Below are positions 39,398 to 49,476 of a stretch of 64,000 nucleotides of DNA, one piece after another. This DNA is from Planctomycetota bacterium (GTDB lineage: Bacteria; Planctomycetota; UBA8108; UBA1146): positions 45,743-109,742 of the forward strand of contig JADHSM010000001.1 of assembly GCA_016776905.1 (NCBI GenBank). Direction: 5' to 3'. Each line of letters opens with the position of its first letter. The first letter of the stretch is position 1. Position numbers and translations under genes: made by a program. The notes below the pieces were generated by a model. The model saw nothing but the letters and a program-made list of their open reading frames with translations, was not told where the DNA came from and searched no databases.

Positions 39398-41500
39398 ATG
39401 AACTCTGAAAGTTCGAACACTTTTCGGACCCCGTTATTTTTGGTCCGTACTTTGTGTGCGTTTTTGGTAATCCTTGTGCTTTTTCCGGATGTGTCGATCG
39501 CTGAATCGGGAACGACACCTCTTTCTACCCGCAGGATTGCCAGTGGTGTCGCTAGACCCGTACTCGTGGCTGCGCCTGAGGGAGACTTTGAACGTCTCTT
39601 CATCGTTCAGCAGGCCGGCATTATTCGTATTTACGACATGGCCAGTGCTACGTTGTTGACGACTCCATTCCTCAATATCAACTCCATCGTTGGGGGAGGA
39701 AATTCCGGAGCTGACGAACGAGGACTTCTAGGCCTTGCGTTTCACCCCGACTACATGAACAACGGTTTCTTTTACCTGTATTACACGAACAACAGCAGTG
39801 ATACCGTCGTCGCCCGCTTCTCTGTTTCAGCAACGAATCCAAATGTTGCGAACGGAAGTCCGGACCAGATTCTGTTTACGCAGAATCAACCCTTCACGAA
39901 CCATAACGGAGGCATGATCGCCTTCGGTCCCAATGACGGTTACCTCTACATAGGCTTGGGTGATGGCGGAAGTGCCAATGACCCTCAGGGGAACAGTCAG
40001 AATCCAAATACCCGTCTGGGGAAAATGTTGCGTTTGGATGTAGATGCGGGAACTCCTTATGCGATTCCTCCCGACAATCCATTCGTGGGGCCTGGTGCTC
40101 CTCTGGATGAGATCTGGGCGACGGGACTTCGTAATCCATGGAGATTCTCGTTCGATAGAGACAACGGAGATCTCTACATTGCCGACGTGGGGCAGTTCAA
40201 CTGGGAAGAGATCAGCATTCAGCCGTTTTCTTCCGTAGGAGGCGAAAACTACGGATGGCGTTGCATGGAAGGCAATAGTTGCACCGGGCTCTCCGGGTGT
40301 GCCTGTAATTCTGCTGCACTCACGGATCCGGTACAAGTTTACTCTCATGGATCGGGTTGCTCGATCACGGGTGGAAATGTCTATCGAGGTTGTGCCATGC
40401 CTGATATGCACGGCATTTACTTTTACTCCGATTGGTGCACGAGCACGATTTGGTCATTCTTATGGAACGGGTCCAGTGTCACAGAATTCACGAACCGTTC
40501 TGCAGAGTTGAACCCTCCCGGGTCTCAATCCATCTCTGGTGTCACCGGCTTTGGTGAAGATGCCTACGGTGAGGTATACATCTGCGACTGGAATGGTGGA
40601 GAAATCTTTAAGATTGTTCCTGCCAACATCGATTCCGTAGATACCAATGGGAACTTCATCGTCGATTCATGCGAGTGCGCGATCGGCAATACGGCAGACT
40701 GTAATAATAACGGCGAGCCAGACGCTTGTGATATTGCCGCGGGAATTGAAATCGATTGCGATGGGGACTCGATCCCTGATTCATGTCAGACTCCTGCGAT
40801 CGATTGCGATGGAAATGGTATCGAAGATTCCTGCGATATCGAAGCAGGTGCATCCGATTGTGATTCGGATGGGATTCCTGATTCATGCCAGTTGGCGACC
40901 AATGATTGTGACGGAAACGGTGTTCATGATATCTGTGATATCAACTCCGGTACCTTGGTCGATTGTGACTTCGATAACCTCCCGGATTCCTGCGAAGTGA
41001 TCAACGGGACCGGCGATGATTGCAATAGTAATACGTTGCTCGATAACTGTGAGATTGACCTCGGTATCGCCGATGACTGCAATAACAATGGCGCCATCGA
41101 TCAGTGTGAGGTGGATTCAGGTTCCGCTCCGGATTGCAACGACAACGGTAATCCAGACAGTTGTGATATTGCCAATGGCTCAGAGCTGGATTCCGATGGA
41201 AACGGGGTTCCTGACGCTTGCGAGTCGATCACTTTCAGACGGGGTGACCCGAATGAAGACGGTGCCATCAACATCGCAGACGCTGTGAGAATCCTTGGCT
41301 TCCTGTTTAATGGTGAGGGGACTCCTTCTTGCCTCGACGCTACAGATGTCAATGACGATGGGTCGCTGGATATCTCAGACGGAGTCGCATTGCTGACGTA
41401 CCTGTTCGGGACTGCAAACTTGCCGGCACCCGGTGAGACTTGTGGATCAGATCCGACCAGTGATGGATTGGACTGCAGCAGTTATCCCAACTGTCCGTAA
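39398..41500 (+). CDS. Secreted PQQ-dependent sugar dehydrogenase-like beta-propeller (sGDH/sorbosone DH family) with about 12 Cys/Asp-rich repeats and a C-terminal dockerin-like module
   Basis: Signal peptide, then [11 protein letters not shown]...[23 protein letters not shown]. Repeats follow the pattern DCDGNG(I/V)xDxCD. Dockerin pair [17 protein letters not shown] / [17 protein letters not shown]. Confidence 0.65.
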   Translation: [700 protein letters not shown]

Positions 41501-41525
41501 TACGGGATTTGGGTGATCACAAAAA

Positions 41526-41570
41526 ACCGGAGCGAGACAACATGTCTCGCTCCGGTTTTTTTTTGCCTAA
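41526..41570. terminator. Bidirectional rho-independent terminator
   Basis: ccggagcgagaca-acatg-tctcgctccgg, with an A-run on the left and a T9 run on the right. It sits between convergent genes. Confidence 0.85.
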
Positions 41571-41631
41571 AAGGCGAGGTCTCTTCCGTGAAATCATCTC
41601 TTCAGTGACATCGAACCTGATCCATAGTAAA

Positions 41632-42921
41632 TCAGCCTTTGACGTGGATCTCTTTACTGGTGGCGGGGTCTCGTCTGATTCCACGAATCACGGTCTCTAT
41701 CACTTTCCCGGGGAATGGACGATCTTCAAAGGGTGACCAACCTGCACGGCTTTGAACTTCAGATCTATTGAGCGTCCAAGGGCTTCTCGTATCAACGATG
41801 GTCAGCGATGCCACTGCTCCAGGCTTGAGTTGGCCAAAGGTGCCTTGGGTGAAGGGGTCGAAGAGTTCAGCGGGACGAGTGGAAGCTCGATCCACGAGGA
41901 CCTCCCATGGGAATCCCTCGCTGGCGAGGTGACAGACGAAGGCTCCGAAGGTGTCGAGTTGGGGTACTCCGGAAATCCCCCGACGATTCTCTTCCACAGT
42001 GTGAGGTGCGTGATCCGTAGCCAGTACCTCGATGCTGCCGTTGAGAAGTCCCTCCATCAAAACCTCTCGGTCGTGAGGAGTTCTCAGAGGCGGATTCATC
42101 TGGAGCCACTCACCACACTTCCACTCGTGTCTGTTTTCCATGTCAAACGCGAGATGGTGGGGTGTGACTTCTGTGGTCACGATCTGGCCTTCAGCCCGCG
42201 CCTGTTCGATTCGGCGTAATCCCTCGGCGGTGGAAAGGTGGGCGATGTGAGCAGTGATGTCCAACTCTCGACAAACCTTGAGGATGGTATCGATGGCTGC
42301 GACTTCGGCTTCAGGGGGACGGCGTTTTTCGTGAGTTTCCGCATCTTGGGCGGCGATGAGCATCGGTGGATCTTCTGCATGGAAGGTGACGCGCTGACCG
42401 CGGTAATTTTCCAAGACTGCTGTTACACCGCGGTCTCCCCAGGAGTCGATTTCTCCGACACTAGGACCGAAGTAGCACTTCCAAGGGATCTCTGAGGAGA
42501 AGCAATCTCCCTCAGGGGTCACCAGTCCGTGCAGGACGATATCGATGAGGCCCACTTCATCCGCCAGGTCACGCTTTTTCTGGTAGTCCAATTGATTGCT
42601 GGGGGGGATGGGATTGTTGGGCATATCGCCCATGAGGACGACACCCCCTTGAATCGCGGCCTGGCTCGAGGACAGAAAATCTTCTTTGTATCGATGTTCT
42701 CCGCTGGGATCATCTCGACAGTGCACGTGGATGTCGATGAACCCGGGGCAAACCCTTACGCCCTCGGGCCAGATCACATCCGGATCTCCCGGCAGATCTC
42801 CACGGTCCAGAATTTTTCCGGACTCGGAACAGATGAGTAGGCGTTCTCTGGAAATACCGGACGTTTCTTGCAGGTCACCTTCAAGAAGCCATGGAGATGC
42901 GGTGTCTTTTTCATGAGTCAT
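41632..42921 (-). CDS. pyrC: Dihydroorotase (class I cyclic amidohydrolase)
   Basis: DIHVHCRDD, FHAED, HIAHLST and ATDHAPH metal-ligand motifs. Confidence 0.7.
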   Translation of the reverse strand: MTHEKDTASPWLLEGDLQETSGISRERLLICSESGKILDRGDLPGDPDVIWPEGVRVCPGFIDIHVHCRDDPSGEHRYKEDFLSSSQAAIQGGVVLMGDMPNNPIPPSNQLDYQKKRDLADEVGLIDIVLHGLVTPEGDCFSSEIPWKCYFGPSVGEIDSWGDRGVTAVLENYRGQRVTFHAEDPPMLIAAQDAETHEKRRPPEAEVAAIDTILKVCRELDITAHIAHLSTAEGLRRIEQARAEGQIVTTEVTPHHLAFDMENRHEWKCGEWLQMNPPLRTPHDREVLMEGLLNGSIEVLATDHAPHTVEENRRGISGVPQLDTFGAFVCHLASEGFPWEVLVDRASTRPAELFDPFTQGTFGQLKPGAVASLTIVDTRSPWTLNRSEVQSRAGWSPFEDRPFPGKVIETVIRGIRRDPATSKEIHVKG

Positions 42922-45251
42922 TAACGTGAATCTTCCTGTGTATTCATGTTTTCTTGAGGGTAGATCACCAAACGGTCATGGATCAGAAGGCAGACGTCAG
43001 CGAGACCATCGCCGTCGAGATCCTCGACGAGGACGGCACGAGGTTCGACTCCTCGACCTCCGCCGGAGAAGGTTTTCTTCTCAAAGACAGGGAAGCCGAG
43101 AGCAGGGATAAATGAATCGGCGGTCCCTGCCAGTATCTCCAGTTCTCCCCGTGCTCCGTCTACAGCAACCAGATCGAGTATCCCATCTCCATTGAGGTCG
43201 CCATGGGCCATTGCAGTGATTCTCGAATTTTCATTACGCGCTCTTCGCGAGAAAGTTTCCTGCAGAATCAGATTGCTGCCCAATCTTCTCAAGATAAGAA
43301 GAGATCCACTTTTCAATAGGACCAGTTCATCGTTGCCGTCGCCATCCACGTCTAGATTCAGCACCTGACGAATCTTCTTGAAGGGGCCTTCCAAAGATTC
43401 GAGAACTTCGGATTCATTGGCGAGATGAATCATGGATGATCCTTCGTCAATGAATGCCAGAGTCGCGCTGTCTGATGGATCTGGAGAGTGGGTGTTCAGG
43501 TAAGTCGCTCCCACTAATTTTACGGAGGTTCCTGGAGTATCAATTTGTCGGAGGACACGAGCCGTTAAATCTTCGACGAGAACGATTCGACCGCGATTCT
43601 CCTTAGTGACGAGCAATTTCCCGGGTGCAAGGCTCTGGATTCGCCCCCCGGATTCCAGTGTTGCGGGAGATACGATGGGGAGAAATTTGTTTTCTCTCAG
43701 GGCAAAGAGAATCGGAGATTCAAAGGGGATTTCGACGACCACGATCGAATCTCCAGAACTTCCTGGGAAGAGACGGACAGCCGAAGGTTCTCTATCGAGT
43801 GAATCCAGCGGGAATTCAACTTCTCCTAATTGAAGGGAGTATGAATTTCTTCCTTTTTTGTTCAAAGTTAAAAGGGCGAGAGATCCTTCTTTTCCAGAGA
43901 TTTCAGGAGCGAATCCTGCCACTGAAATGAGGCCGAGAGCGGAATCTGTTTCACCGGGAACTGGGAAGGAAAAACCTTCCCCTTCTAGTTCACATATACC
44001 GATGCCACCGTCCGATTTACTGGTGACCAGTACTTTGCCCTCATGGACGATGAGGTCTTTGGGCTTTTGGAGCGTTGGGGAGGGCTTACCTGGGATCAGT
44101 TGACCATCCACATTGAAAATGGGAATGAGTCGAGAATTCTTCGTATCTAGGACGGTGAGGTCGATATCGCCATCACCATCGAGATCTCCTTTGGCGACTC
44201 TTCCGTTACCGAGACCATCTGCTGAAAGAGAAATCACTTCCGGTGCGGAAAGAGCTGTTTTGGAGGGAGTGCTTTCAATGCGATATCCCTTAATAACAGG
44301 ACGATCTCGCTCACTAAAGAACCAAGTGGGGCCCGTAGCCTCACTCATTAGAGAGTTGAGGTTGGGAGCTTGAAGAAGGAATCTACCGCTTTCCAATTGA
44401 AGGAGCGACTCGGGTAACCATGAATTTGAACCGGCAGACGGACGGACTCTTACAAGATACGGACGATCTGAATTTGAGCCGCTGATAGTGATCAGATCTT
44501 GGAATCCATCTTCGGTGACGTCTTCATGAATCAGTACCCTTGATCCCGTTGTGGAACCTACAAGTGTCTTTATTTTTGGAGAGTTGTTGCGACCGATTTG
44601 TTCGATTTCATAGACACCGGTTTCTGAGAGCACTCTCAGGATAGGGAGTTTGTCTTTCTGAGTTTCTATTCGAAGTGTTTGAGATCCTCTCGCGATGCGT
44701 TCGAGTCGAATTTTGTCGGATGACCGAAAGCGTTGACCCCCTTCAGCACCCCATAAAATTTGTACGCGATTCGCTCCTGGGCAGGAGAGAACAAGATCGA
44801 GATGTCCGTCTCCATCGAGATCAGCGGAATTGATGGATTCGACTTGTGCGCCCACCGAAATTTCAGCCCGCGTCCAGCCGGCGGGATCGACCAGAGTGTT
44901 TCCAGCTTCTTCATGGATAAAGCCGTCAGAATTGGGATCTCTCAGAAATTGAACGAGTTCGCCTCGGTCATCGAGCCAAATACAAAGATCGAGATCCCCA
45001 TCTCCATCGACGTCTGCGGGATGCCATGGGCCTCCTTGCGAGCCCAAACGGAAGACCTGCATTCCAGAAAATCCGAAATCTCCGAGACGATCAATGGCGT
45101 CCTTGTTTTGAGCACTGAGCGGGCTGGAGAGACCTGATAGGAAAATCACTGCCAGTATGAGGTTGAGAATGATGGAACGGGAAAGTATGTGGACACAGCC
45201 AAATACCTTCACCCTTGACGGTCTAAAGACAGGGGAGGGGGTCTTGAACAT
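42921..45251 (-). CDS. FG-GAP/VCBS-repeat beta-propeller protein, secreted
   Basis: Repeated DxDGDG Ca-binding loops (ADVDGDGDLDL, ADLDGDGHLDL, GDLDGDGDIDL, GDLNGDGILDL) and a signal peptide. Confidence 0.6.
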   Translation of the reverse strand: MFKTPSPVFRPSRVKVFGCVHILSRSIILNLILAVIFLSGLSSPLSAQNKDAIDRLGDFGFSGMQVFRLGSQGGPWHPADVDGDGDLDLCIWLDDRGELVQFLRDPNSDGFIHEEAGNTLVDPAGWTRAEISVGAQVESINSADLDGDGHLDLVLSCPGANRVQILWGAEGGQRFRSSDKIRLERIARGSQTLRIETQKDKLPILRVLSETGVYEIEQIGRNNSPKIKTLVGSTTGSRVLIHEDVTEDGFQDLITISGSNSDRPYLVRVRPSAGSNSWLPESLLQLESGRFLLQAPNLNSLMSEATGPTWFFSERDRPVIKGYRIESTPSKTALSAPEVISLSADGLGNGRVAKGDLDGDGDIDLTVLDTKNSRLIPIFNVDGQLIPGKPSPTLQKPKDLIVHEGKVLVTSKSDGGIGICELEGEGFSFPVPGETDSALGLISVAGFAPEISGKEGSLALLTLNKKGRNSYSLQLGEVEFPLDSLDREPSAVRLFPGSSGDSIVVVEIPFESPILFALRENKFLPIVSPATLESGGRIQSLAPGKLLVTKENRGRIVLVEDLTARVLRQIDTPGTSVKLVGATYLNTHSPDPSDSATLAFIDEGSSMIHLANESEVLESLEGPFKKIRQVLNLDVDGDGNDELVLLKSGSLLILRRLGSNLILQETFSRRARNENSRITAMAHGDLNGDGILDLVAVDGARGELEILAGTADSFIPALGFPVFEKKTFSGGGRGVEPRAVLVEDLDGDGLADVCLLIHDRLVIYPQENMNTQEDSR

Positions 45252-45495
45252 GAATACTCCTGTATATCAAGAGATGGCGAAAAATGATGAACCCCAAATA
45301 GGGTTACCCCAATGACCTTGCAGAAGATCGATGAAGGATTCAATATAGTAGTCTGGAATCTATGATTCCGGACCCTTGAATCGTTAAATTCAAAGGATCC
45401 TTCTTGTTGAAATCAGCTGGAGAAATCTGCTGGAGAGGGAACCATTGGGTCCGTTCTCATGTTTGCCCATTCGTAACCGTTAAAGGGGATACCTG

Positions 45496-46515
45496 ATGAA
45501 ACATATGAGATTCACTGATTTTGTCAGTTTGAGTCGGGGCTTGGCACTGGTGGTGATCATTTTGGTCAGTACACAGGGTCATCTCGAAGCCATGGTTCAA
45601 GTGGCCAACAAGAGTACTTCTTCTGAACAGGACCTAAAGTCTCAGCAAGTGGAAGTGAAATTGGTCGGCGGAGCACTTGTTCGAGGGAGAATCGTCAAAG
45701 AAACCAGGCAGCAGGTCTTTATCGATATAGGTCCGACAATCGTGTCTTTGCCTAAGAATTTGATTGGATCTATGAATGTCGTTTCTTCAGACAAAATTTC
45801 TGAAGAGGAGATGTCGACGGGATCGGTCTATTCCACTGGTAAAGGGATCCCTCTTCCCCTCGAAGAGGCTGAAAACATCGCCCGTGGGAGTGTTGTTCGG
45901 GTTCTTGCGGGTGGGGGACTCGGTAGTGGTTTCATCATCAATGAGAACGGCATGGTCATCACTAATGTTCATGTGGTCGAGGGACAGAGAGATGTTCAAC
46001 TGACAGTTTACTTAGATGATGCTGAAGGTGGTTCACGCAAGCAGCAGATCGAGAATGTCGAGATTGTGGCTCTCAATCCATTTTTGGATTTGGCTCTATT
46101 GCGGATTCCAAATGCGGAGAAGTATCCACTCAGGCCTGTGAAAATGGCGGCTTCAGATGGCCTCGATCGCAGTCAAAAAGTGTTTGCGGTCGGAACCCCT
46201 CGTGGATTTGAGCGTACTGTCAGTGAAGGCATCGTTTCCGATCCTTACCGCTCTTTTGCAGGACAGTGCTATATTCAGACAACCACTCCCATCAACCCTG
46301 GTAACTCCGGGGGAGCTCTCTTCAATGAGGCAGGGGAAGTTGTAGGAGTGACCAACATGAAGATTCTTCAATCAGAGGGGCTTAATTTTGCCATCCCTCT
46401 GGATCAGGTGAAGTTCTTTATCGATAGAAGAGAATCATTTCTTTTTGACGAGAGCCAACCCAATACGGGTGTGAGATACTTGGCTCCTCCCAAAAAAATA
46501 AAACCCGGGGAGTGA
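45496..46515 (+). CDS. Trypsin-like serine protease (S1C-like, no PDZ)
   Basis: GSGFIINENGMVITNVHVV has the His, and PINPGNSGGALF has the catalytic Ser motif GNSGG. Confidence 0.8.
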   Translation: MKHMRFTDFVSLSRGLALVVIILVSTQGHLEAMVQVANKSTSSEQDLKSQQVEVKLVGGALVRGRIVKETRQQVFIDIGPTIVSLPKNLIGSMNVVSSDKISEEEMSTGSVYSTGKGIPLPLEEAENIARGSVVRVLAGGGLGSGFIINENGMVITNVHVVEGQRDVQLTVYLDDAEGGSRKQQIENVEIVALNPFLDLALLRIPNAEKYPLRPVKMAASDGLDRSQKVFAVGTPRGFERTVSEGIVSDPYRSFAGQCYIQTTTPINPGNSGGALFNEAGEVVGVTNMKILQSEGLNFAIPLDQVKFFIDRRESFLFDESQPNTGVRYLAPPKKIKPGE

Positions 46516-46578
46516 TCAACCTTCCCCCACGAACGAACGGGTCCAAATTTGATGAGGTTTCCAGTGAAAGGAATATTT

Positions 46579-48483
46579 ATGGCGAACAAACTGTTCAGCC
46601 TCTTACTCTTGACCGTTGCGGTGCTTTTGAGCACGCCGTCTAGAGCGATAGCAGATGTAGAGAAATTAGGACAATACACCGTCATTGCGATGTCCGTCGA
46701 TGACTGGCAGGGAATGAAGACTGAAGGCGGAAAGTCTGACTTTGGCCAGTTTATCGCTGAGCCGGGTATTCAGGAAATCGGCAACCGTCTCTTTGACGGA
46801 ATCTCGAAAATGATCAGTAACGAGATGTCGATGGAGGAAGATCAGCAGAAGGGCTTGGACTTTCTTAAGACTCTTGCCATGCGCTGGTATGCAGAAAATA
46901 CAGGTCAATTGGTTGTGGGATTGGGTTACGAGATGGATCCCAATATGGGTTTCCCCATGCCCAGCCTCATTCTTGATTTTAATGGGCCGGCCGATTTGGG
47001 ACCTCAGCACTTGGAGCTTCTGACGTTGATTCGGGAGCAGGTTGGGGAAAAAGTCGGTTTAATCCCGACAGCCTTCAGTATCGGCGAGATGGAATTCAAC
47101 GGTTTGGCAGCAATGCCGGGTTCGGGAGTGTTCATCGGTCAACAGGAGACTCGCCATCTGGTGGGCACGAGTAAGAAGGCGATCGAAAATTATCTTCGTG
47201 AGGGTGACACAGCCGTCGGTGCGAATTTCGGATCTACGAAAATCTTCAAGGCTGCTCAAAATAATCTTCGTCGTGGTGGGTCGTCCTCGTACCTGAATAT
47301 GGACGCCGTGTGGAACCTGACACCGATGCTCGACATGATGACCTCCTCTGGGGACGAAGAAGATGGAATGTCGATCAGTAAGGTGATTTCCTCGCTGGGT
47401 TTCGAGAGTATTTCTGGATTCGCTTCTCGATCATACGTGGAAGATGGTGGAAGCGGTTCCGATTCAATTCTCGCCATGAACGGTCGCCCAGGAATACTGT
47501 CTATTTTACCCAAGGAAAATGGCAATATTTCGATTCCCGGTTTTGTTTCGGCAAAGAGTTCTAGCGTTTCACTTATGCGTTTGAACTTTGACACAATCGT
47601 AGATGACGTCGTTGAGATGGCGGCAACTATGAGTGGTGAATCTCCTGACGAGTTCCGAGCGATGCTCGATATTCAGATGGAAATGATGGCAGCGCAAATG
47701 GGCGTTAATCCCATGGAGTTGTTAGATGCGATGGAGGGCACTATTTGTGTCGCCACTCCTCCTGCCCCGGAAAATAAGTCGATGGCCATGAACCCTATGG
47801 AAATGATGATGGGGCAAGGCGGCAACGGGAACTTCATGATCAAGATGTCGGACCGAAAGGTCTTCGAGAAACTTTTGGGTGTTCTTGCAGGTCCCGAAAT
47901 GATGGGATCCATGATCAAGAAGGATAGTTTCATGGATCTTGATGTCTGGACCTACGATCCATTGGGGGATATGCCTCCTGAGTTCGCTGGACAAGGACCT
48001 GCTTTAGCTCCGTCTTGGACGATGTCGGATGACTGGTTCGTCCTGAGCTTCAGTTCGGATGATCTCAAGGACATGATTCGCACTTCTCAGGGCGAGGGTG
48101 AAAAGTTCTTGGAAGACCGGGAAATTAACAAGGTGATGAAGCAAGTGATGGCCTCTCAAGGAGTGTCATTATCTTTCACAAACCTTGGGGAGAACTTGGC
48201 AGCAGGAGCGGATGTTCTTCGTCCTCTGTTGGGGTTCCTACCGTTGATGTCTCCGGAACTGGGGCAGAATGAAGATTTATTGTTCCTGTTTGATCCTTCC
48301 AACATCCCGGAATCAGAGATTTTCAGAAAGTACTTCGGATGGACTGGTGGAAGAGTTTCCGCCGTCGATGACGGACTCAAGACATACACTTTCTCAGAGC
48401 GTATGACGTCTTCTGATAGTGAAGAAAAAAGCGCTGAAGAAAAAAGTACTGAGGAAAAGAAGAAGGAAGTTCAGAAATTTTAG
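46579..48483 (+). CDS. Secreted Met-rich protein of unknown function
   Basis: Signal peptide MANKLFSLLLLTVAVLLSTPSRA. Met-rich patches include MAMNPMEMMMGQGG, MLDIQMEMMAAQMGVNPM and PEMMGSM. It lies 34 bp after the protease gene. Confidence 0.5.
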   Translation: MANKLFSLLLLTVAVLLSTPSRAIADVEKLGQYTVIAMSVDDWQGMKTEGGKSDFGQFIAEPGIQEIGNRLFDGISKMISNEMSMEEDQQKGLDFLKTLAMRWYAENTGQLVVGLGYEMDPNMGFPMPSLILDFNGPADLGPQHLELLTLIREQVGEKVGLIPTAFSIGEMEFNGLAAMPGSGVFIGQQETRHLVGTSKKAIENYLREGDTAVGANFGSTKIFKAAQNNLRRGGSSSYLNMDAVWNLTPMLDMMTSSGDEEDGMSISKVISSLGFESISGFASRSYVEDGGSGSDSILAMNGRPGILSILPKENGNISIPGFVSAKSSSVSLMRLNFDTIVDDVVEMAATMSGESPDEFRAMLDIQMEMMAAQMGVNPMELLDAMEGTICVATPPAPENKSMAMNPMEMMMGQGGNGNFMIKMSDRKVFEKLLGVLAGPEMMGSMIKKDSFMDLDVWTYDPLGDMPPEFAGQGPALAPSWTMSDDWFVLSFSSDDLKDMIRTSQGEGEKFLEDREINKVMKQVMASQGVSLSFTNLGENLAAGADVLRPLLGFLPLMSPELGQNEDLLFLFDPSNIPESEIFRKYFGWTGGRVSAVDDGLKTYTFSERMTSSDSEEKSAEEKSTEEKKKEVQKF

Positions 48484-48530
48484 CGTCAGTCTCCTGACGG
48501 AGTAAACCGCGACTTTCTGACAATGCTTCA

Positions 48531-48567
48531 AATAGCCCCTGCAGGGTACCCTGCAGGGGCTATTTGC
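48531..48567. terminator. Perfect 17-bp-stem palindrome after the Met-rich protein gene (terminator-like)
   Basis: aaatagcccctgcaggg-tac-cctgcaggggctattt, followed by a T-rich tract. Confidence 0.6.
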
Positions 48568-48687
48568 TTGTTCATGACGAGTGATTTCTACCCTATGCTC
48601 GCCTTGAGAGGGTAAACTGCACCTCCTCTCATGAGGCCGATCCTGCAAGATGACAGAATCGGTAAAATCACAGTTTCGGTTGGAGAA

Positions 48688-49467
48688 ATGATGATGACCT
48701 TTAGCGATGCACTCTCAGGTAAACGGGGTTTGATTCTCGGTGTGGCGAATGACAGAAGTATTGCTTGGGGAATCGCTCAGGTCATGGCTTCGGCAGGCGC
48801 ACGGCTTGGATTTACCTATCAGGGAGATCGCCTTGAAAGAAGAGTCCGTCCTCTTGCCGAAAAGGTGGAAGGGGAAATCATCACCTCTTGCGATGTGTGT
48901 GATGAGAAGGACGTCGAAAGTCTGTTTCAGAAGGTCGATGACCAGTGGGGCGGGCTTGATTTCCTTGTTCATTCGATCGCTTTCGCAGACAAGGAAGATC
49001 TCGAAAAAGAATATTTGGATACGGGTCGTGAGGGCTTTTTGAAAGCACACGACGTCAGCTCCTACAGCTTTACACTTCTCGCCAGAGAAGCGGCAAAACG
49101 CATGGCCCCCGGTTCTTCTATGGTGACCATGTCCTATCTGGGAGCTGAGCGAGCCGTGAAGGGGTACAACGTCATGGGGGTGGCGAAAGCCAGTCTCGAA
49201 GCCAGTGTTCGTTACCTCGCTGCTGATCTCGGATCCCGAGATATTCGAGTCAATGCGATCAGCGCCGGGCCGATTCAAACTTTGGCGGCTCGGGGTATCA
49301 GCGGCTTTTCGGAAATCTTCTCAGAGGTCGAAGGGCGTGCTGCTCTCGGGCGTGGTGTGACGACCGAAGAGGTGGGTAACACCGCAGCATTCCTTCTCTC
49401 TCCTTTGGCCAGCGGGATTACAGGTGAAGTCATCTATGTCGATGGTGGATTCCGGATGATGGGTTAG
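48688..49467 (+). CDS. fabI: Enoyl-[acyl-carrier-protein] reductase (NADH)
   Basis: GKRGLILGVANDRSIAWGIA...MSYLGAERAVKGYNVMGVAKASLEA, with the Y-x6-K catalytic dyad. The start is at the ATGATGATG after GGAGAA. Confidence 0.85.
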   Translation: MMMTFSDALSGKRGLILGVANDRSIAWGIAQVMASAGARLGFTYQGDRLERRVRPLAEKVEGEIITSCDVCDEKDVESLFQKVDDQWGGLDFLVHSIAFADKEDLEKEYLDTGREGFLKAHDVSSYSFTLLAREAAKRMAPGSSMVTMSYLGAERAVKGYNVMGVAKASLEASVRYLAADLGSRDIRVNAISAGPIQTLAARGISGFSEIFSEVEGRAALGRGVTTEEVGNTAAFLLSPLASGITGEVIYVDGGFRMMG

Positions 49468-49476
49468 GTTTAATTC

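Noticed and set aside
41509-41736. 75-aa plus-strand ORF spanning the terminator
   Set aside because: It covers the bidirectional terminator hairpin and lies antisense to the dihydroorotase 3' end, so it is not coding.
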